Source of the DNA: Hyphomicrobiales bacterium
Lineage (GTDB): Bacteria; Pseudomonadota; Alphaproteobacteria; Rhizobiales; CAJQND01
Direction of reading: 5' to 3'
Assembly: GCA_051010095.1 (NCBI GenBank)
Contig: JBPCVX010000019.1
Coordinates: 1-55,705, forward strand
DNA: 55,705 nucleotides
Part shown: piece by piece, positions 21,101 through 31,822 of the stretch
Layout: each line of letters starts with the position of its first letter
Position numbering within the stretch: the first letter of the stretch is position 1
Notes under the pieces: model-generated
Told to the model about the DNA's origin: nothing
The model's input: the letters and a program-made list of their open reading frames with translations, nothing else
Database searches by the model: none
Made by a program: the position numbers and the translations under genes

Positions 21101-21623
21101 GTTGCGCTATGCAATTGGCAGCCTGAACAAAGAAGCACGAGAGCGGCTTTTAGGCGCGTTTGATACGGTGAACGAGAATTTCCGCGAACTGTTCACAAAA
21201 CTGTTCAATGGTGGGCAAGCTGAACTTAAGCTCATTGAATCTGAGGATCCGCTCGAATCAGGGCTTGAAATTTTCGCCCGACCACCCGGCAAACGCACAC
21301 AAACCATGTCGCTATTGTCTGGTGGTGAACAGGCGCTCACCGCAACCGCCCTTATATTTGCCGTCTTCCTCACCAATCCCTCGCCAATCTGCGTGCTCGA
21401 CGAAGTGGATGCGCCGCTGGATGATGCAAATGTTGAACGCTTCTGCAATCTGCTCGACGAAATGGCGTCTAAAACCACCACCCGTTTTCTGGTGATTACC
21501 CACCATCCGCTCACCATGTCTCGTATGAACCGCTTGTTCGGCGTCACAATGATGGAAAAAGGTGTTTCTCAACTGGTTTCTGTGGATCTTGAGGCTGCAG
21601 AACAGTTGCGCGAAGCAGGCTAG
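18168..21623 (+). CDS. smc: chromosome segregation protein SMC
   Basis: 1151 aa. It has Walker A (GPNGCGKSN), long coiled-coil arms, the LSGGEQ signature and Walker B (ICVLDEVDAPLD). Confidence 0.95.
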   Translation: MHFDRLRLSGFKSFIEPTELIISRGLTGVVGPNGCGKSNLLEALRWVMGESSYKSMRASGMDDVIFNGSVNRPQRNMAEVTVVLDNEDRIAPPGFNDDDVLEVTRRIEREAGSAYRINGKDARARDVQLLFADASTGSRSPALVRQGQISELISAKPQARRRILEEAAGITGLHTRRHEAELKLKGAETNLTRLEDVVGQLEQQLAGLKRQARQASRYKNLSGHIRRHEAAQLYLGWKDADNHVQAAAQEFDAAVRALGLATKAASEAGRAQLNASEKIPALRDHDTARSAVVQRLKVELERLEEEERRADGRRHELKSRLEQIAQDMERERELITDNDTILERLSTEEGELAQSLEGGANERANAAKHLQAAADTMARAQEAFDEASSALSELSSRRITLERSCDSAQGRITRLESDLADVERKWGELDLGDGIKTAGANFEADIASAEKTAHDLEAALSAAETATRDAREGEAKARAEYDDARRTSDNLSTEVRTLTKLLNVADGELWPPLIDALKVDAGYETALGAALGDDLDAASDENAPVHWSELPTIEANPLPGGAKPLSSFVNAPKALARRLDQIGVVEPDQGKGLQTQLKPGQRLVSLKGDLWRWDGFVAASEAPTAAAKRLAERNRLGDLQEEASAASKHAEETRAVHEQTRAHVEQSAQNERDLRSKQQHAGVSLNAARKALSAHERETSEQTAKAGALEEARRRLQDDLMEARETHKTASAEFAALAPLDNLETNRATALEQLERERTVYSDARAAHDGLERDASSRQTRLTAISNERSQWHTRLEKAKGQIETLEARAGETSQEVEKLDELPGQWTEQRKKLMRALSDAEEEKKASSDTLTEAETQLAELTRTEREAQELLSEARESHARLEARLEAARERLQETEGRITEVLECAPQGAFELAEFKDGEDLPQLEDIEIKLGKLKAERERLGGVNLRADEEAEEVGTQIEELVAERDDLISAIHKLRYAIGSLNKEARERLLGAFDTVNENFRELFTKLFNGGQAELKLIESEDPLESGLEIFARPPGKRTQTMSLLSGGEQALTATALIFAVFLTNPSPICVLDEVDAPLDDANVERFCNLLDEMASKTTTRFLVITHHPLTMSRMNRLFGVTMMEKGVSQLVSVDLEAAEQLREAG

Positions 21624-21758
21624 AAACCCCACGATACCGGCTTATAGAGCACTCAATTGCCCAAGATTCTGCGTTTGGCGAGCTTGACCAATTGCCGCAC
21701 ACTAATAATTCCACACTTTATCTATTTATTTCAAATATTTACGTGATTAAACATAAAG

Positions 21759-21787
21759 TTGACACCCCAAAAGCGGCGATCTATTGT
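21759..21787 (+). promoter_or_regulatory. candidate sigma70-type promoter of the atpIBEF'F operon
   Basis: TTGACA (21759-21764), a 17-nt spacer, then TATTGT (21782-21787). It lies about 70 nt upstream of atpI in an AT-rich spacer. This is a sequence match only. Confidence 0.3.
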
Positions 21788-21855
21788 GCGCGCGGTTTCG
21801 TGGGGGTAAGAAGCTTATAAATTTTCACGCCCTGCGAACACTGAGGTAATGGAAT

Positions 21856-22221
21856 ATGGGCGATGAAACTTCCAATACATCGTCTGGTCAAACAAAGGAT
21901 TTCGAAAAGCGTCTGCAGAACGCGCGGGAGACCCTAAAGACCAAGGACCAGAAGCAATACCGCAAGGGCACTGCCTATAGTCTTGGTTTCCGTATTGTCA
22001 CAGATTTGGTGGTGGCTGTATGTGCAGGTTTCTTGGTCGGATGGGGGCTTGATACATGGTTGGGAACATCACCTTGGTTCCTCATTGTGTTCACTCCGCT
22101 CGGTATCGCAGCAGGCATTTCAAATGTGATCCGTGTCGCTAAATCGGCTGAAGCACAGCGTCATATGGATTACATTTCTCACACGTCGCCGGCGCCAGAT
22201 AGGCAAGACGAAGACAGCTGA
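21856..22221 (+). CDS. atpI: ATP synthase protein I (AtpI/AtpZ family)
   Basis: 121 aa. It has two TM helices after a basic N-terminus and sits directly upstream of atpB. Confidence 0.75.
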   Translation: MGDETSNTSSGQTKDFEKRLQNARETLKTKDQKQYRKGTAYSLGFRIVTDLVVAVCAGFLVGWGLDTWLGTSPWFLIVFTPLGIAAGISNVIRVAKSAEAQRHMDYISHTSPAPDRQDEDS

Positions 22222-22270
22222 GAAGAACGTGAAACAAAATTTGGTTTGAAGAGATCCGCATGAGCGGGGC

Positions 22271-23074
22271 TTGGAAAAGAGAAAGAGGACGGCACACGTG
22301 GCTAGCAATTCTCAAGGCGCAGAAGGGGGCGGATTGGCTCTCGATCCGATGCACCAATTTGAAGTGCACCCTATTTTGAGTATCAATATGGGTGGGCTCG
22401 ATGCTTCCTTCACAAATGCTGCACTATGGATGGTGATCTGCGTTGTTTCTGTAGCGCTTCTGCTGCTGGTCGGGGCATCGAAACTGGTTCCCGGGCGTTT
22501 GCAGTCGATCGGTGAGTTGGCTTACGAATTTATCGCCAATATGATGCGCGATATTCTTGGCGATTCAGGCCGTGCATTCTTCCCGCTTATTTTCACGCTG
22601 TTCATGTTCATTCTTGCAGCAAACATGTGGGGAATGGTGAATATTCCCGTGCTTGTGCATCCGTTTACTGTAACCAGCCATATCATTGTCACCTTCGCAA
22701 TGGCGCTGTTCGTGTTCGTTCTGGCCACAATCGTCGGCTTCATGCGCCACGGTGCTGGTTATCTCAAATTATTCGTACCTTCCGGGGTTCCTGGTGTATT
22801 GCTGCCGCTTTTGGTGGTGATTGAGGTGATATCTTACTTCACCCGCCCGATCAGCCTTTCTGTGCGTTTGTTCGCCAATATGATGGCTGGACATACGATG
22901 TTGAAAGTGTTTGCCGGTTTTGTTGTCGCCATGGGCGTGTTGGGCGGCTTTGTGCCGCTCGCCATTATGGTGGCGCTTACCGGCCTGGAAGTTCTCGTCG
23001 CGTTTCTGCAGGCCTACGTTTTCGCGGTTCTGACCTGCATCTACCTTAACGATGCGATCAATATGCATCACTGA
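22271..23074 (+). CDS. atpB: F0F1 ATP synthase subunit a
   Basis: It has the conserved SLSVRLFANMMAGH motif containing the essential Arg. The start is ambiguous: TTG at 22271 or GTG at 22298. Confidence 0.9.
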   Translation: MEKRKRTAHVASNSQGAEGGGLALDPMHQFEVHPILSINMGGLDASFTNAALWMVICVVSVALLLLVGASKLVPGRLQSIGELAYEFIANMMRDILGDSGRAFFPLIFTLFMFILAANMWGMVNIPVLVHPFTVTSHIIVTFAMALFVFVLATIVGFMRHGAGYLKLFVPSGVPGVLLPLLVVIEVISYFTRPISLSVRLFANMMAGHTMLKVFAGFVVAMGVLGGFVPLAIMVALTGLEVLVAFLQAYVFAVLTCIYLNDAINMHH

Positions 23075-23113
23075 TCTCAACCCATTTAATGACTAATCAA
23101 AGGAGTTCATCCA

Positions 23114-23341
23114 ATGGAAGCTGAAGCAGCAAAACTCATCGGTGCCGGCCTCGCCGCTATCGCTCTCGCAGGTGCCGGTGTTGGCATTGGCCACATTTTC
23201 GGCAACTACCTCGCAGGTGCCCTGCGCAACCCGGCAGCTGCCGCAAGCCAGTTCCCAAATCTTCTTTTGGGCTTCGCGCTTGCTGAAGCAACCGGCCTGT
23301 TCGGCCTGGTGGTGGCGTTGATCATTCTGTTTGTGTTTTAA
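23114..23341 (+). CDS. atpE: F0F1 ATP synthase subunit c
   Basis: 75 aa forming a helical hairpin with the proton-binding Glu in LGFALAEATGLFGLVVAL. Confidence 0.9.
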   Translation: MEAEAAKLIGAGLAAIALAGAGVGIGHIFGNYLAGALRNPAAAASQFPNLLLGFALAEATGLFGLVVALIILFVF

Positions 23342-23468
23342 TCAACACAATCTACTTGATCTAGCAAACCGCGCCGTCATGGTTTTGCATGACGGCAATA
23401 CCGGTTAAGGCCCGCGCTTTTGCATATGCACGAGCGCGTTTAACGAAAAACGTAGAGGCGTTGAGGCT

Positions 23469-23948
23469 ATGCCACAATTAGATTTTTCAATGTGGCCGCC
23501 CCAGCTGATCTGGCTGGCGATCACTTTTGGTGTGCTCTACATTCTTATGTCGAAGTTCGCATTGCCGAAAATTGGCGGCACTATAGAACAGCGCCAAAAC
23601 CGGATCGCAACAGATTTGGACGAGGCGCAACGGCTTAAAGATGAAACGGAAAAGGCAATCGCCGCGTATGAAGCAGCCCTGGCTGAAGCCAAGGCCAAGG
23701 CGCACGTAATTGCCCAGGAAACCCGTGACACCTTGAATGCAGAAGTCGAGAAGGAGCGTTCAAAACTGGACGCCAAACTTGCTGAACGCATTGCAAAAGC
23801 AGAAGAGAGCATTTCCAAAACCAAGGAAGACGCCTTGAAGAACGTGGAAAAGGTCGCCTCAGACACCGCTTCTGAAATCGTGTCTCAATTGATTGGCGCC
23901 AAGCCAACCGCAGCGGCAGTTAAAAAAGCCGTCGCGGATGCAAGCTAA
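23469..23948 (+). CDS. atpF2: F0F1 ATP synthase subunit b'
   Basis: 159 aa with one N-terminal TM helix and then a charged coiled coil. It is the first of two b-type genes, the usual arrangement in alphaproteobacteria. Confidence 0.8.
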   Translation: MPQLDFSMWPPQLIWLAITFGVLYILMSKFALPKIGGTIEQRQNRIATDLDEAQRLKDETEKAIAAYEAALAEAKAKAHVIAQETRDTLNAEVEKERSKLDAKLAERIAKAEESISKTKEDALKNVEKVASDTASEIVSQLIGAKPTAAAVKKAVADAS

Positions 23949-23961
23949 GGAGGCTTAAGCC

Positions 23962-24447
23962 ATGTTAAGCACACCAGATTTTTGGGTTGGCGTAAGCTTT
24001 CTGCTTTTTATTGCGGTTCTGGTTTGGAAAAAAGTTCCTTCCATGATCACCAAGGCACTTGATGATCGTGCGGAACGCATTTCAAACGAACTCGAAGAAG
24101 CAAAGAAATTGCGCGAAGAGGCACAGGCCCTTTTGGCTGAGTATCAGCGTAAGAAAACCGAAGCTGAAAAAGAAGCCGATAACATCGTTGCCCAGGCCAA
24201 GTCAGAGGCTGAAAGCTACGCGGCCGAAGCCCGTGAAAAACTCTCTGAAACCCTAGAGCGACGCACAGCAATGGCTGAGCAGAAGATTGCGCAGGCTGAG
24301 ACTGCAGCCCTAAAAGAAGTACGCTCTGCTGCCAGCGAACTGGCAATTGAAGCCGCTGCAAGCATTATTGGAAGCGAAGTTAAGGGCGACAAGGCGTCGA
24401 GCCTGATTGATGATTCCATTGATGCGGTGAAAACCCGCCTCAACTAA
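23962..24447 (+). CDS. atpF: F0F1 ATP synthase subunit b
   Basis: 161 aa with one TM helix and a long charged helix. It is the last gene of the F0 operon. Confidence 0.8.
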   Translation: MLSTPDFWVGVSFLLFIAVLVWKKVPSMITKALDDRAERISNELEEAKKLREEAQALLAEYQRKKTEAEKEADNIVAQAKSEAESYAAEAREKLSETLERRTAMAEQKIAQAETAALKEVRSAASELAIEAAASIIGSEVKGDKASSLIDDSIDAVKTRLN

Positions 24448-24467
24448 ATCAGCAGCACTATGTGATT

Positions 24468-24508
24468 AAAAACCCCGGCGCCTTGTTTGGCGGCCGGGGT
24501 TTTCTTTT
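24468..24508. terminator. bidirectional Rho-independent terminator between atpF and gcvP
   Basis: AAAAA-CCCCGGCGCC-ttgttt-GGCGGCCGGGG-TTTTCTTTT. This is a 10-bp GC stem with one bulged G and a 6-nt loop. The A-run and T-run flank it, so it reads as a terminator on both strands. Confidence 0.8.
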
Positions 24509-24536
24509 ACTCGGACATGGTTTGATTGATTGGGGC

Positions 24537-27443
24537 CTATTCAGCGGCCTCCATATAGTCTTCCATTGGCGGGCAGCTACACACCAAGTTCCGGTCGCCA
24601 CCCACGTTATCAACACGGCCAACAGGCGGCCAATATTTATCGCCACGCTCGCGACCGAGCGGGAAGAAGGCTTGGTCTTTTTCGTAAGGCAGCTCCCATT
24701 TGCCCATCAAGAGCGAATGGGTGTGCGGCGCATTGCGCACCACATTGTTTTCAGGGTCCACCTTGCCTTGTTCAACTTCGGCAATCTCACCACGAATTGC
24801 GATCATCGCATCACAGAAGCGGTCAATCTCAGCTAGAGATTCGCTCTCTGTCGGCTCCACCATCATGGTTTCCGGCACCGGAAACGACATGGTTGGCGCA
24901 TGGAAACCAAAATCGGCAAGCCGTTTGGCAACATCTTCTGAGGTTATGCCGCAGGTTTCCTTGATATGTCGCATATCAATGATGCATTCGTGCGCCACAA
25001 ACCCGCCCGGGCCCGTATAAACGATCGGGAAATGCGGGGCCAACCGCTTGGCGATGTAATTGGCAGACAGAATGGCGATCTCGGTCGCGCGCGTAAGGCC
25101 TTCAGGCCCCATCATCGCAATATATGACCATGATATCGGCAGAATGGATGCTGATCCCCAAGGTGCCGCTGAAACCTGTCCATCGGAGTGCGTGACACCC
25201 GCTGCCGGGTTAACACCTTCAACAACACCATGGCCTGGCGCAAACGGCGCCAAATGAGCACGCAGGCCAATTGGCCCCATGCCAGGTCCACCGCCGCCAT
25301 GAGGAATGCAGAACGTTTTATGCAAGTTCATGTGGCACACATCAGCGCCAATTTCCGCAGGGCGCACGAGCCCCACAAGCGCATTCAAGTTGGCGCCATC
25401 AAAATAAACCTGCCCGCCATGGTCGTGGATGATTTGGCAAATCTCTTTGATCGCCTCTTCAAACACCCCATGTGTTGATGGATAAGTCACCATTAAAGCA
25501 GCAAGCGTGTTGGTGTGCTCTTCAGCTTTAGCGCGAAGATCATCAACATCAATGTTGCCATCTTCATCGCACGCAACCACCACGACTTTCATACCGGCCA
25601 TTACTGCACTGGCCGGATTAGTGCCATGGGCAGATGCAGGAATAAGACAAATATTACGATCTTCATCGCCGTTTGATGTGTGATAGCCGCGAATGGCCAA
25701 TAGTCCGGCATACTCGCCTTGGCTGCCTGCATTTGGCTGCAGAGACACAGCGTCAAAGCCCGTGATTTCGCACAGCATTGCCTCTAACTCTTCAAACAAT
25801 TGCTGATAGCCCTGTGTTTGGTCAAGCGGGGCAAAGGGATGCAGTTGCGAGAAGTTTCGGAAGGTCACAGGGATCATTTCCGATGTCGCATTCAGCTTCA
25901 TCGTGCATGATCCAAGTGGGATCATGGAGCGATCGAGTGATATATCTTTGACTTGCAACGTGCGCACATACCGCATCATCTCGGTTTCACTGTGATAAAG
26001 CGAAAACACGGGATGGGTCATGAATGCGCTGGTGCGTGTCATGTCTCCGGTAATCACCGAATCTACAGAACCATCGATCTCGCGCACCGATAACTGTTCC
26101 AGCGCGTCGGTGGCAAAGCACATCCACAAACGCTCAAGTTCGCTGCGCCGTGTGGTTTCATCAAACGAAATACCGACATGATCTGCATCAACCATGCGCA
26201 GATTAATACGTTTCTCGCGCGCCTTAGCAGCAATACGGTTTGCTTGGCCTGGTATGCGCACGGTGATGGTATCAAAAAACGCATCGGTTACGACATCATA
26301 CCCAAGCTCTCTTAAGCCATGGGCGAGTATTTTGGTCATGCGATGCACCCGGCGGGCGATTTTCATAATGCCATCTGGGCCATGATAAACGGCATAGAAC
26401 CCAGCAATTATCGCCAACAGCACCTGTGCGGTACAAATGTTACTGGTGGCTTTGTCGCGGCGGATATGCTGTTCGCGTGTCTGCAGCGCCATACGCAACG
26501 CCGTGTCGCCATGGCTGTCGGTTGAAACACCGATAATGCGTCCCGGCACAGAGCGTTTGTAACCACTCGAAGTGGCAAAAAACGCTGCATGCGGACCGCC
26601 ATAGCCCATTGGAACGCCAAAACGCTGAGTTGAACCAAGCGCAATGTCAGCACCCAATTCGCCTGGAGGCGTCAACAGAGCAAGCGCGAGCAAATCTGTT
26701 GCCATAGCAACGAGTGCGTTTTGCGCGTGCACCGCTTCGATAACCTTGCGGAAGTCTCGCACTTGCCCGCTTGATCCTGGATATGACAGCAAAACGCCAA
26801 ACAGGTCGTGCTCACTTAAATCCGAGAACGGATCGCCAACCACAATATTAAAACCAAAAGCGTCCGCGCGCGTGTGCAACACATCTATGGTTTGCGGATG
26901 TGTGTCTTGATCTACAAAGAACGTGTTGCCCTTGGACTTACTCACCCGGTGGGTCATGGCCATGGCCTCAGCGGCCGCTGTTGCTTCATCCAACAAAGAC
27001 GCATTGGCTAAATCAAAACCTGTTAGGTCTTGCACCATTTGCTGAAAATTCAACAGCGCTTCCAACCGACCCTGGCTCACTTCGGCCTGATAGGGCGTGT
27101 ATGCTGTATACCAACCTGGATTTTCGAGTATCTTGCGAAGAATTATCTTCGGCGTAACGGTGCCATAATAGCCCATACCAATCATCGAAGTGAAAACGCG
27201 GTTGCGGTCTGCCATCTTGCGCAGATAGGAGAGAGATTCGCGTTCGCTCTTTGCTGGAACAAGGTCGAGCGGACGATCGGTGCGGATTGACTGCGGCACC
27301 ACCTTTTCCATCAAATCATCAAGTGATCCGGTCTTAACAGCCTCTAGCATTTCAATCACATCGTGATCGCGTGGGCCAATATGCCGTGGAATTAGGTTTG
27401 CGCCTGGTTCCAGGTCATCAAGGGTTGGTCGTGTGTTAGACAT
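24537..27443 (-). CDS. gcvP: glycine dehydrogenase (decarboxylating), glycine cleavage P protein
   Basis: 968 aa single-chain P protein with the PLP-lysine region [16 protein letters not shown]. Confidence 0.95.
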   Translation of the reverse strand: MSNTRPTLDDLEPGANLIPRHIGPRDHDVIEMLEAVKTGSLDDLMEKVVPQSIRTDRPLDLVPAKSERESLSYLRKMADRNRVFTSMIGMGYYGTVTPKIILRKILENPGWYTAYTPYQAEVSQGRLEALLNFQQMVQDLTGFDLANASLLDEATAAAEAMAMTHRVSKSKGNTFFVDQDTHPQTIDVLHTRADAFGFNIVVGDPFSDLSEHDLFGVLLSYPGSSGQVRDFRKVIEAVHAQNALVAMATDLLALALLTPPGELGADIALGSTQRFGVPMGYGGPHAAFFATSSGYKRSVPGRIIGVSTDSHGDTALRMALQTREQHIRRDKATSNICTAQVLLAIIAGFYAVYHGPDGIMKIARRVHRMTKILAHGLRELGYDVVTDAFFDTITVRIPGQANRIAAKAREKRINLRMVDADHVGISFDETTRRSELERLWMCFATDALEQLSVREIDGSVDSVITGDMTRTSAFMTHPVFSLYHSETEMMRYVRTLQVKDISLDRSMIPLGSCTMKLNATSEMIPVTFRNFSQLHPFAPLDQTQGYQQLFEELEAMLCEITGFDAVSLQPNAGSQGEYAGLLAIRGYHTSNGDEDRNICLIPASAHGTNPASAVMAGMKVVVVACDEDGNIDVDDLRAKAEEHTNTLAALMVTYPSTHGVFEEAIKEICQIIHDHGGQVYFDGANLNALVGLVRPAEIGADVCHMNLHKTFCIPHGGGGPGMGPIGLRAHLAPFAPGHGVVEGVNPAAGVTHSDGQVSAAPWGSASILPISWSYIAMMGPEGLTRATEIAILSANYIAKRLAPHFPIVYTGPGGFVAHECIIDMRHIKETCGITSEDVAKRLADFGFHAPTMSFPVPETMMVEPTESESLAEIDRFCDAMIAIRGEIAEVEQGKVDPENNVVRNAPHTHSLLMGKWELPYEKDQAFFPLGRERGDKYWPPVGRVDNVGGDRNLVCSCPPMEDYMEAAE

Positions 27444-27473
27444 GACACCTCCAGATATTTTTCTTCGGCTTTT

Positions 27474-27851
27474 TTAGCCTTCAGCTTCGACAAACGCCTT
27501 GTAGGCCGCTTCATCCATCATTTCATCAAGCTCTGATGTGTCAGACACTTTGATCTTCATGAACCAACCTGCACCTTCGGCATCCTCGTTCACCTTTGTT
27601 GGCTCACCCTCAAGATCGCCATTCACTTCAGTGATCTCACCGGTCACTGGCGCATAAATGTCGCTTGCTGCCTTGACGCTTTCAACAACCGCCACATCGC
27701 CACCTTTTTCAACCGATGCGCCAACATCTGGCAGTTCAACAAACACCACATCGCCCAATTGCTCCTGAGCGTGGTTTGTAATGCCAACTGTGGCAACATC
27801 GCCTTCGAGATTAATCCACTCGTGATCTTCGGTATATTTTACTGTGCTCAT
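27474..27851 (-). CDS. gcvH: glycine cleavage system H protein
   Basis: 125 aa with the lipoyl-lysine motif [13 protein letters not shown]. Confidence 0.95.
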   Translation of the reverse strand: MSTVKYTEDHEWINLEGDVATVGITNHAQEQLGDVVFVELPDVGASVEKGGDVAVVESVKAASDIYAPVTGEITEVNGDLEGEPTKVNEDAEGAGWFMKIKVSDTSELDEMMDEAAYKAFVEAEG

Positions 27852-27878
27852 TTTTGGTTCCTCCTCTTCGTAAAAAAT

Positions 27879-29012
27879 TCAACGCTTAAAACCGTGGGGT
27901 GAAAATGGCATCTTCGCCACCTTCGCAGGCAAGGCTTTGCCGCGCACCATTAGTTCAACTGGCGTATCAGCCTTCGCATGCTCTATGGCCACATAACCCA
28001 TAGCCACGGGCCCACCAACACTTGGCCCAAATCCGCCAGATGTAATGGTACCAATTTCCACACCGTCTTTGGTGATCACTGTTCCTTCGCGCGCTGGCGC
28101 CCGACCTTCGGGCAAAATGCCAACACGTGCGCGGCTGCGGCCCTCTGCAATTTGCTTTTGAACAATTTCAGCGCCTGGAAATCCACCTTCTTCACGGCGG
28201 CGCTTGGCAATCGACCAAAGCAAACCCGCTTCATTTGGCGTGGTCGTTTCATCAATATCGTGGCCATATAAACAAAGGCCCGCCTCGAGCCTAAGGGAAT
28301 CTCTGGCGCCCAACCCGATGGGCTCAACCTCGGGCTCCGCCAACAGCGCATCCATCATGGCACCCGCATTTTCAGCGCCAACAGAGATTTCATAGCCGTC
28401 TTCACCGGTATATCCCGATCTTGAAATATGGCAATCCATGCCGTCAAATTCCGCGCTGGTTGCAGCCATAAACGCAAGCGCCTCCGCCTGCGGGCAATGG
28501 CGGGCAACCGCATCGACCGCCTTTGGCCCCTGCACAGCCAGCAATGCACGGTTAGGCACTTCCGAAAATGAAACACCATCAGGCAAATTATTCTGAAGAC
28601 GTGCAAAATCTGCATCCTTGCAGGCAGCATTCACCACCAGGAAAAGACGTCCATCATCTTCTTCGCGCGCAGAACGGGTGACCATCAAATCATCAAGAAT
28701 GCCACCTTGGTCATTGGTAAACTGCGTGTAGCGCTGTTGGCCGCGCTCCAGCCCAACAATGTCGGCAGGAACAAGCGTTTCAAGTGCACGCGCTGCCGTT
28801 TCATGGTCGGGCCCGGTCACAAAACACTGGCCCATGTGCGACACATCAAACAACCCCGCACTATTACGCGTTTGGTTGTGTTCTGCAATTATGCCCGCTG
28901 GATATTGTACCGGCATATCGTATCCAGCAAATGGCACCATGCGCGCGCCAAGCGCAACGTGACGCCCATGCAGCGGGGTTTGCAATAGTTTCTCAGATGT
29001 TGATTCTACCAT
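27879..29012 (-). CDS. gcvT: aminomethyltransferase, glycine cleavage T protein
   Basis: The start is revised to the ATG at 29012 (MVESTSEKLLQTPLHGRH...), which has GGGAGAGGAAA immediately upstream. The 19 extra codons in the ORF track run into the riboswitch expression platform. Confidence 0.9.
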   Translation of the reverse strand: MVESTSEKLLQTPLHGRHVALGARMVPFAGYDMPVQYPAGIIAEHNQTRNSAGLFDVSHMGQCFVTGPDHETAARALETLVPADIVGLERGQQRYTQFTNDQGGILDDLMVTRSAREEDDGRLFLVVNAACKDADFARLQNNLPDGVSFSEVPNRALLAVQGPKAVDAVARHCPQAEALAFMAATSAEFDGMDCHISRSGYTGEDGYEISVGAENAGAMMDALLAEPEVEPIGLGARDSLRLEAGLCLYGHDIDETTTPNEAGLLWSIAKRRREEGGFPGAEIVQKQIAEGRSRARVGILPEGRAPAREGTVITKDGVEIGTITSGGFGPSVGGPVAMGYVAIEHAKADTPVELMVRGKALPAKVAKMPFSPHGFKR

Positions 29013-29069
29013 TTTCCTCTCCCAGGCACTCCAGTTGGTTACGTTACCGGACAATTCGTCCAGTGACAC

Positions 29070-29272
29070 CCCATCTGTCAGAAAACCTGAGAGATTTCGT
29101 CAAAACAGCGCATCACAGCGCCTTTTTGACTTACCCCCTTCGGTGAGCAACGCATGATGAAATTCGCGTTACTGCTCTCCAGAGTGGCTCGCTGCCTGCG
29201 GTCCTTTTGCCTGAGAGTTTCCGGGGTGGTTGCTCCTTCGGCGCCGGTAAAAGCGGTCTCTCCCGCAACAGC
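29070..29272 (-). promoter_or_regulatory. tandem glycine riboswitch (two aptamers) in the gcvT leader
   Basis: Read on the minus strand. Aptamer 1 is GGGAGAGACCGC...GCGCCGAAGGAGCAACC...CTCTCAGGCAAAAGGACCG. Aptamer 2 is CTCTGGAGAGCAG...CTCACCGAAGGGGGTAAG...CTCTCAGGTTTTCTGACAG. Both carry the GGAGAG / ACCGAAGGRGCAA / CTCAGGCAAAAGGAC-type cores of the glycine class. Confidence 0.85.
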
Positions 29273-29417
29273 CTTAAGCCATGTGCCATATACATGACCG
29301 GGATTGCTTAAGAGGTCAAGTCCACATTTCTAAGGTGCAAAAAGCTTAAGCCTAAACGGGCTCATTACTTGACTTTTACCCCCCCAATACCCCAAGTACT
29401 CATAAGCGAGATAATGG

Positions 29418-30392
29418 ATGGTATTGGCCATGGAAAACCGCCCTAAACTGAAGATTCTGAAGGCCGCGCCGCGTGGTTTTTGCGCAGGCGTCGTGCGTGC
29501 GATCGATATTGTGGAGCTGGCGTTGGAAAAATACGGCGCTCCGGTCTATGTGCGCCATGAGATTGTGCACAACCGCTATGTTGTTGAAGATCTTGAGAGC
29601 AAAGGCGCGATTTTCGTTGAAGAACTGGACGAAGTTCCTGATGGCGATCACCCGGTGATTTTCTCAGCCCACGGTGTGCCTAAATCTATTCCAGAAGATG
29701 CTAAAACACGAAATCTTTTCTATCTCGACGCAACATGTCCGCTGGTTTCCAAGGTTCACATGGAAGCAGAACGCCACCATGCAAATGGCCTGGACATTGT
29801 GTTGGTTGGCCATGCCGGCCATCCTGAAGTGATCGGCACCATGGGCCAATTGCCAGATGGTGCTATTTCACTTGTTGAGACCACTGAAGACGCAATGACG
29901 TTTGAGCCGCGCGATGCAGAAAACCTTGCCTGGATTACGCAAACAACATTGTCAGTTGATGATACTGCTGAAGTGGTGAGAGTGCTCGAAGGTCGCTTTC
30001 CAAAAATTGTTGGCCCCCACAAGGAAGACATTTGTTACGCCACAACAAATCGTCAAGGTGCCGTAAAAGCATTTGCAGATCAGTGCGACGCCATCATCGT
30101 CGTTGGTGCCCCCAATAGCTCCAACTCACGGCGCCTTGTAGAGGTTGCACAAAAGAATGGCTGCGAGAGGTCAATGCTGGTGCAGCGCGCTTCCGAAATT
30201 AACTGGAGCGCATTTGAAAACATTCAAACATTAGGGGTAACCGCTGGTGCATCAGCACCAGAAGTATTGGTTGAAGAAGTGATCTCCGCTTTTCATGAAC
30301 GCTATGAAACCGATGTTGAAACCATTGTCACGACCGAAGAATCTGTGTCGTTCAAACTCCCCAGGGCCTTGCGTCAGGCCGCTGCTCAGTAA
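29418..30392 (+). CDS. ispH: 4-hydroxy-3-methylbut-2-enyl diphosphate reductase
   Basis: 324 aa with [12 protein letters not shown] (first cluster Cys), SAHGV and ATCPLV motifs. Confidence 0.9.
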   Translation: MVLAMENRPKLKILKAAPRGFCAGVVRAIDIVELALEKYGAPVYVRHEIVHNRYVVEDLESKGAIFVEELDEVPDGDHPVIFSAHGVPKSIPEDAKTRNLFYLDATCPLVSKVHMEAERHHANGLDIVLVGHAGHPEVIGTMGQLPDGAISLVETTEDAMTFEPRDAENLAWITQTTLSVDDTAEVVRVLEGRFPKIVGPHKEDICYATTNRQGAVKAFADQCDAIIVVGAPNSSNSRRLVEVAQKNGCERSMLVQRASEINWSAFENIQTLGVTAGASAPEVLVEEVISAFHERYETDVETIVTTEESVSFKLPRALRQAAAQ

Positions 30393-30402
30393 GCACTAGG
30401 GT

Positions 30403-31380
30403 ATGGCCGTTTATACTGAAGTTTCTGATGAGGAACTGGCCGAATTTGTTGCCGGTTACAGCATTGGTGATGTCGTCTCGTTCAAAGGCATTGCTGAAGG
30501 GGTTGAGAACTCCAACTATTTGCTGCGCACCACGCAGGGCAATTTCATTCTCACACTTTATGAAAAACGGGTCGCACCTGAGGATTTGCCGTTTTTCTTA
30601 AGCCTGATGGAGCATTTGGCAGACAAAGATATTCCCTGCCCGCTGCCAGTTCATGACACTGCCGGGGAAGTATTGAGTACACTTGCGGGGAGGCCAGCGG
30701 CCATCATCACATTTCTCGATGGCATGTGGATCAGACGGCCTCAGGTTCACCATTGCAGCCAACTTGGCAAAGCTCTCGCTCATTTTCACCTGGCAAGCGC
30801 AGACTTTAAGATGAAACGCGCCAATGCACTGTTGGCTCCGTCTTGGCGCACATTAATAGACAATTGCGGTTCGGGTGCAGACGATATTGAATTCGGATTG
30901 CGCGTAGAGCTTCGCCACGAAGTGGATGTGATTGCTGAGCATTGGCCAAAGCAACTTCCATCTGGCGTTATCCACGCAGACCTATTCCCCGACAATGTTT
31001 TCTTTTTGAAGAACGAACTTTCGGGCCTGATCGATTTCTATTTCGCCTGCACCGACTATTTTGCCTATGACGTTGCGATCTGCATGAACGCCTGGTGTTT
31101 TGAGGTCGATGGCGCGTTCAACATCACCAAGGCGGGCGCGTTGCTACGCGCCTACCAAGCAGTGCGGCCATTGACTGCTGCTGAGTATATTTCACTTCCA
31201 TTATTAGCACGCGGTGCCGCAATGCGGTTTCTTGCTACCAGATTATATGACTGGATCAACACGCCAGAAGGTGCGCTGGTGAAGCCCAAAGACCCGCGCG
31301 AATATCTCAATATTCTGCGTTTTCATCGCTCTGTCTTTAGTGCAACCGAGTATGGCCTGGATCACGAAGATGCGGGTTGA
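30403..31380 (+). CDS. thrB: homoserine kinase, type II (APH-fold ThrB)
   Basis: 325 aa. It has [22 protein letters not shown]...GVENSNYLL and the kinase catalytic loop [12 protein letters not shown]. Confidence 0.85.
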   Translation: MAVYTEVSDEELAEFVAGYSIGDVVSFKGIAEGVENSNYLLRTTQGNFILTLYEKRVAPEDLPFFLSLMEHLADKDIPCPLPVHDTAGEVLSTLAGRPAAIITFLDGMWIRRPQVHHCSQLGKALAHFHLASADFKMKRANALLAPSWRTLIDNCGSGADDIEFGLRVELRHEVDVIAEHWPKQLPSGVIHADLFPDNVFFLKNELSGLIDFYFACTDYFAYDVAICMNAWCFEVDGAFNITKAGALLRAYQAVRPLTAAEYISLPLLARGAAMRFLATRLYDWINTPEGALVKPKDPREYLNILRFHRSVFSATEYGLDHEDAG

Positions 31381-31822
31381 GATTTACACAGATGGTGCCT
31401 GCTCGGGCAATCCTGGCCCAGGGGGATGGGGTGCATTGCTGCGGTATGGAGACAATGAGAAAGAACTCTCAGGCGGCGCTGGCGAAACCACAAACAATCG
31501 CATGGAGCTTTCTGCTGCCATAGAAGCACTCAACGCCCTCACCCGACCGTGCCAGATCGATCTTTATACAGATTCAACATACGTCAAAGATGGCGTCACC
31601 AAATGGATGCATAACTGGAAACGCAATGGCTGGCGCACCGCTGCAAAGAAGCCTGTAAAGAATGCCGAACTCTGGCAGGCTCTCGATGACGCACTTGAGC
31701 CTCATGATGTATCTTGGCACTGGGTGAAAGGTCATGTCGGTCACCCTGAAAATGAACGGGCCGATGAATTGGCCCGTTCGGGCATGGAACCCTACAAATA
31801 TTCAGTTCCAGAGAGCGATTAG
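31370..31822 (+). CDS. rnhA: ribonuclease HI
   Basis: The start is taken at [21 protein letters not shown]; the track opens 30 nt earlier. It has the TNNRMEL and [15 protein letters not shown] motifs. It overlaps the thrB end by 11 nt. Confidence 0.9.
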   Translation: MRVEIYTDGACSGNPGPGGWGALLRYGDNEKELSGGAGETTNNRMELSAAIEALNALTRPCQIDLYTDSTYVKDGVTKWMHNWKRNGWRTAAKKPVKNAELWQALDDALEPHDVSWHWVKGHVGHPENERADELARSGMEPYKYSVPESD

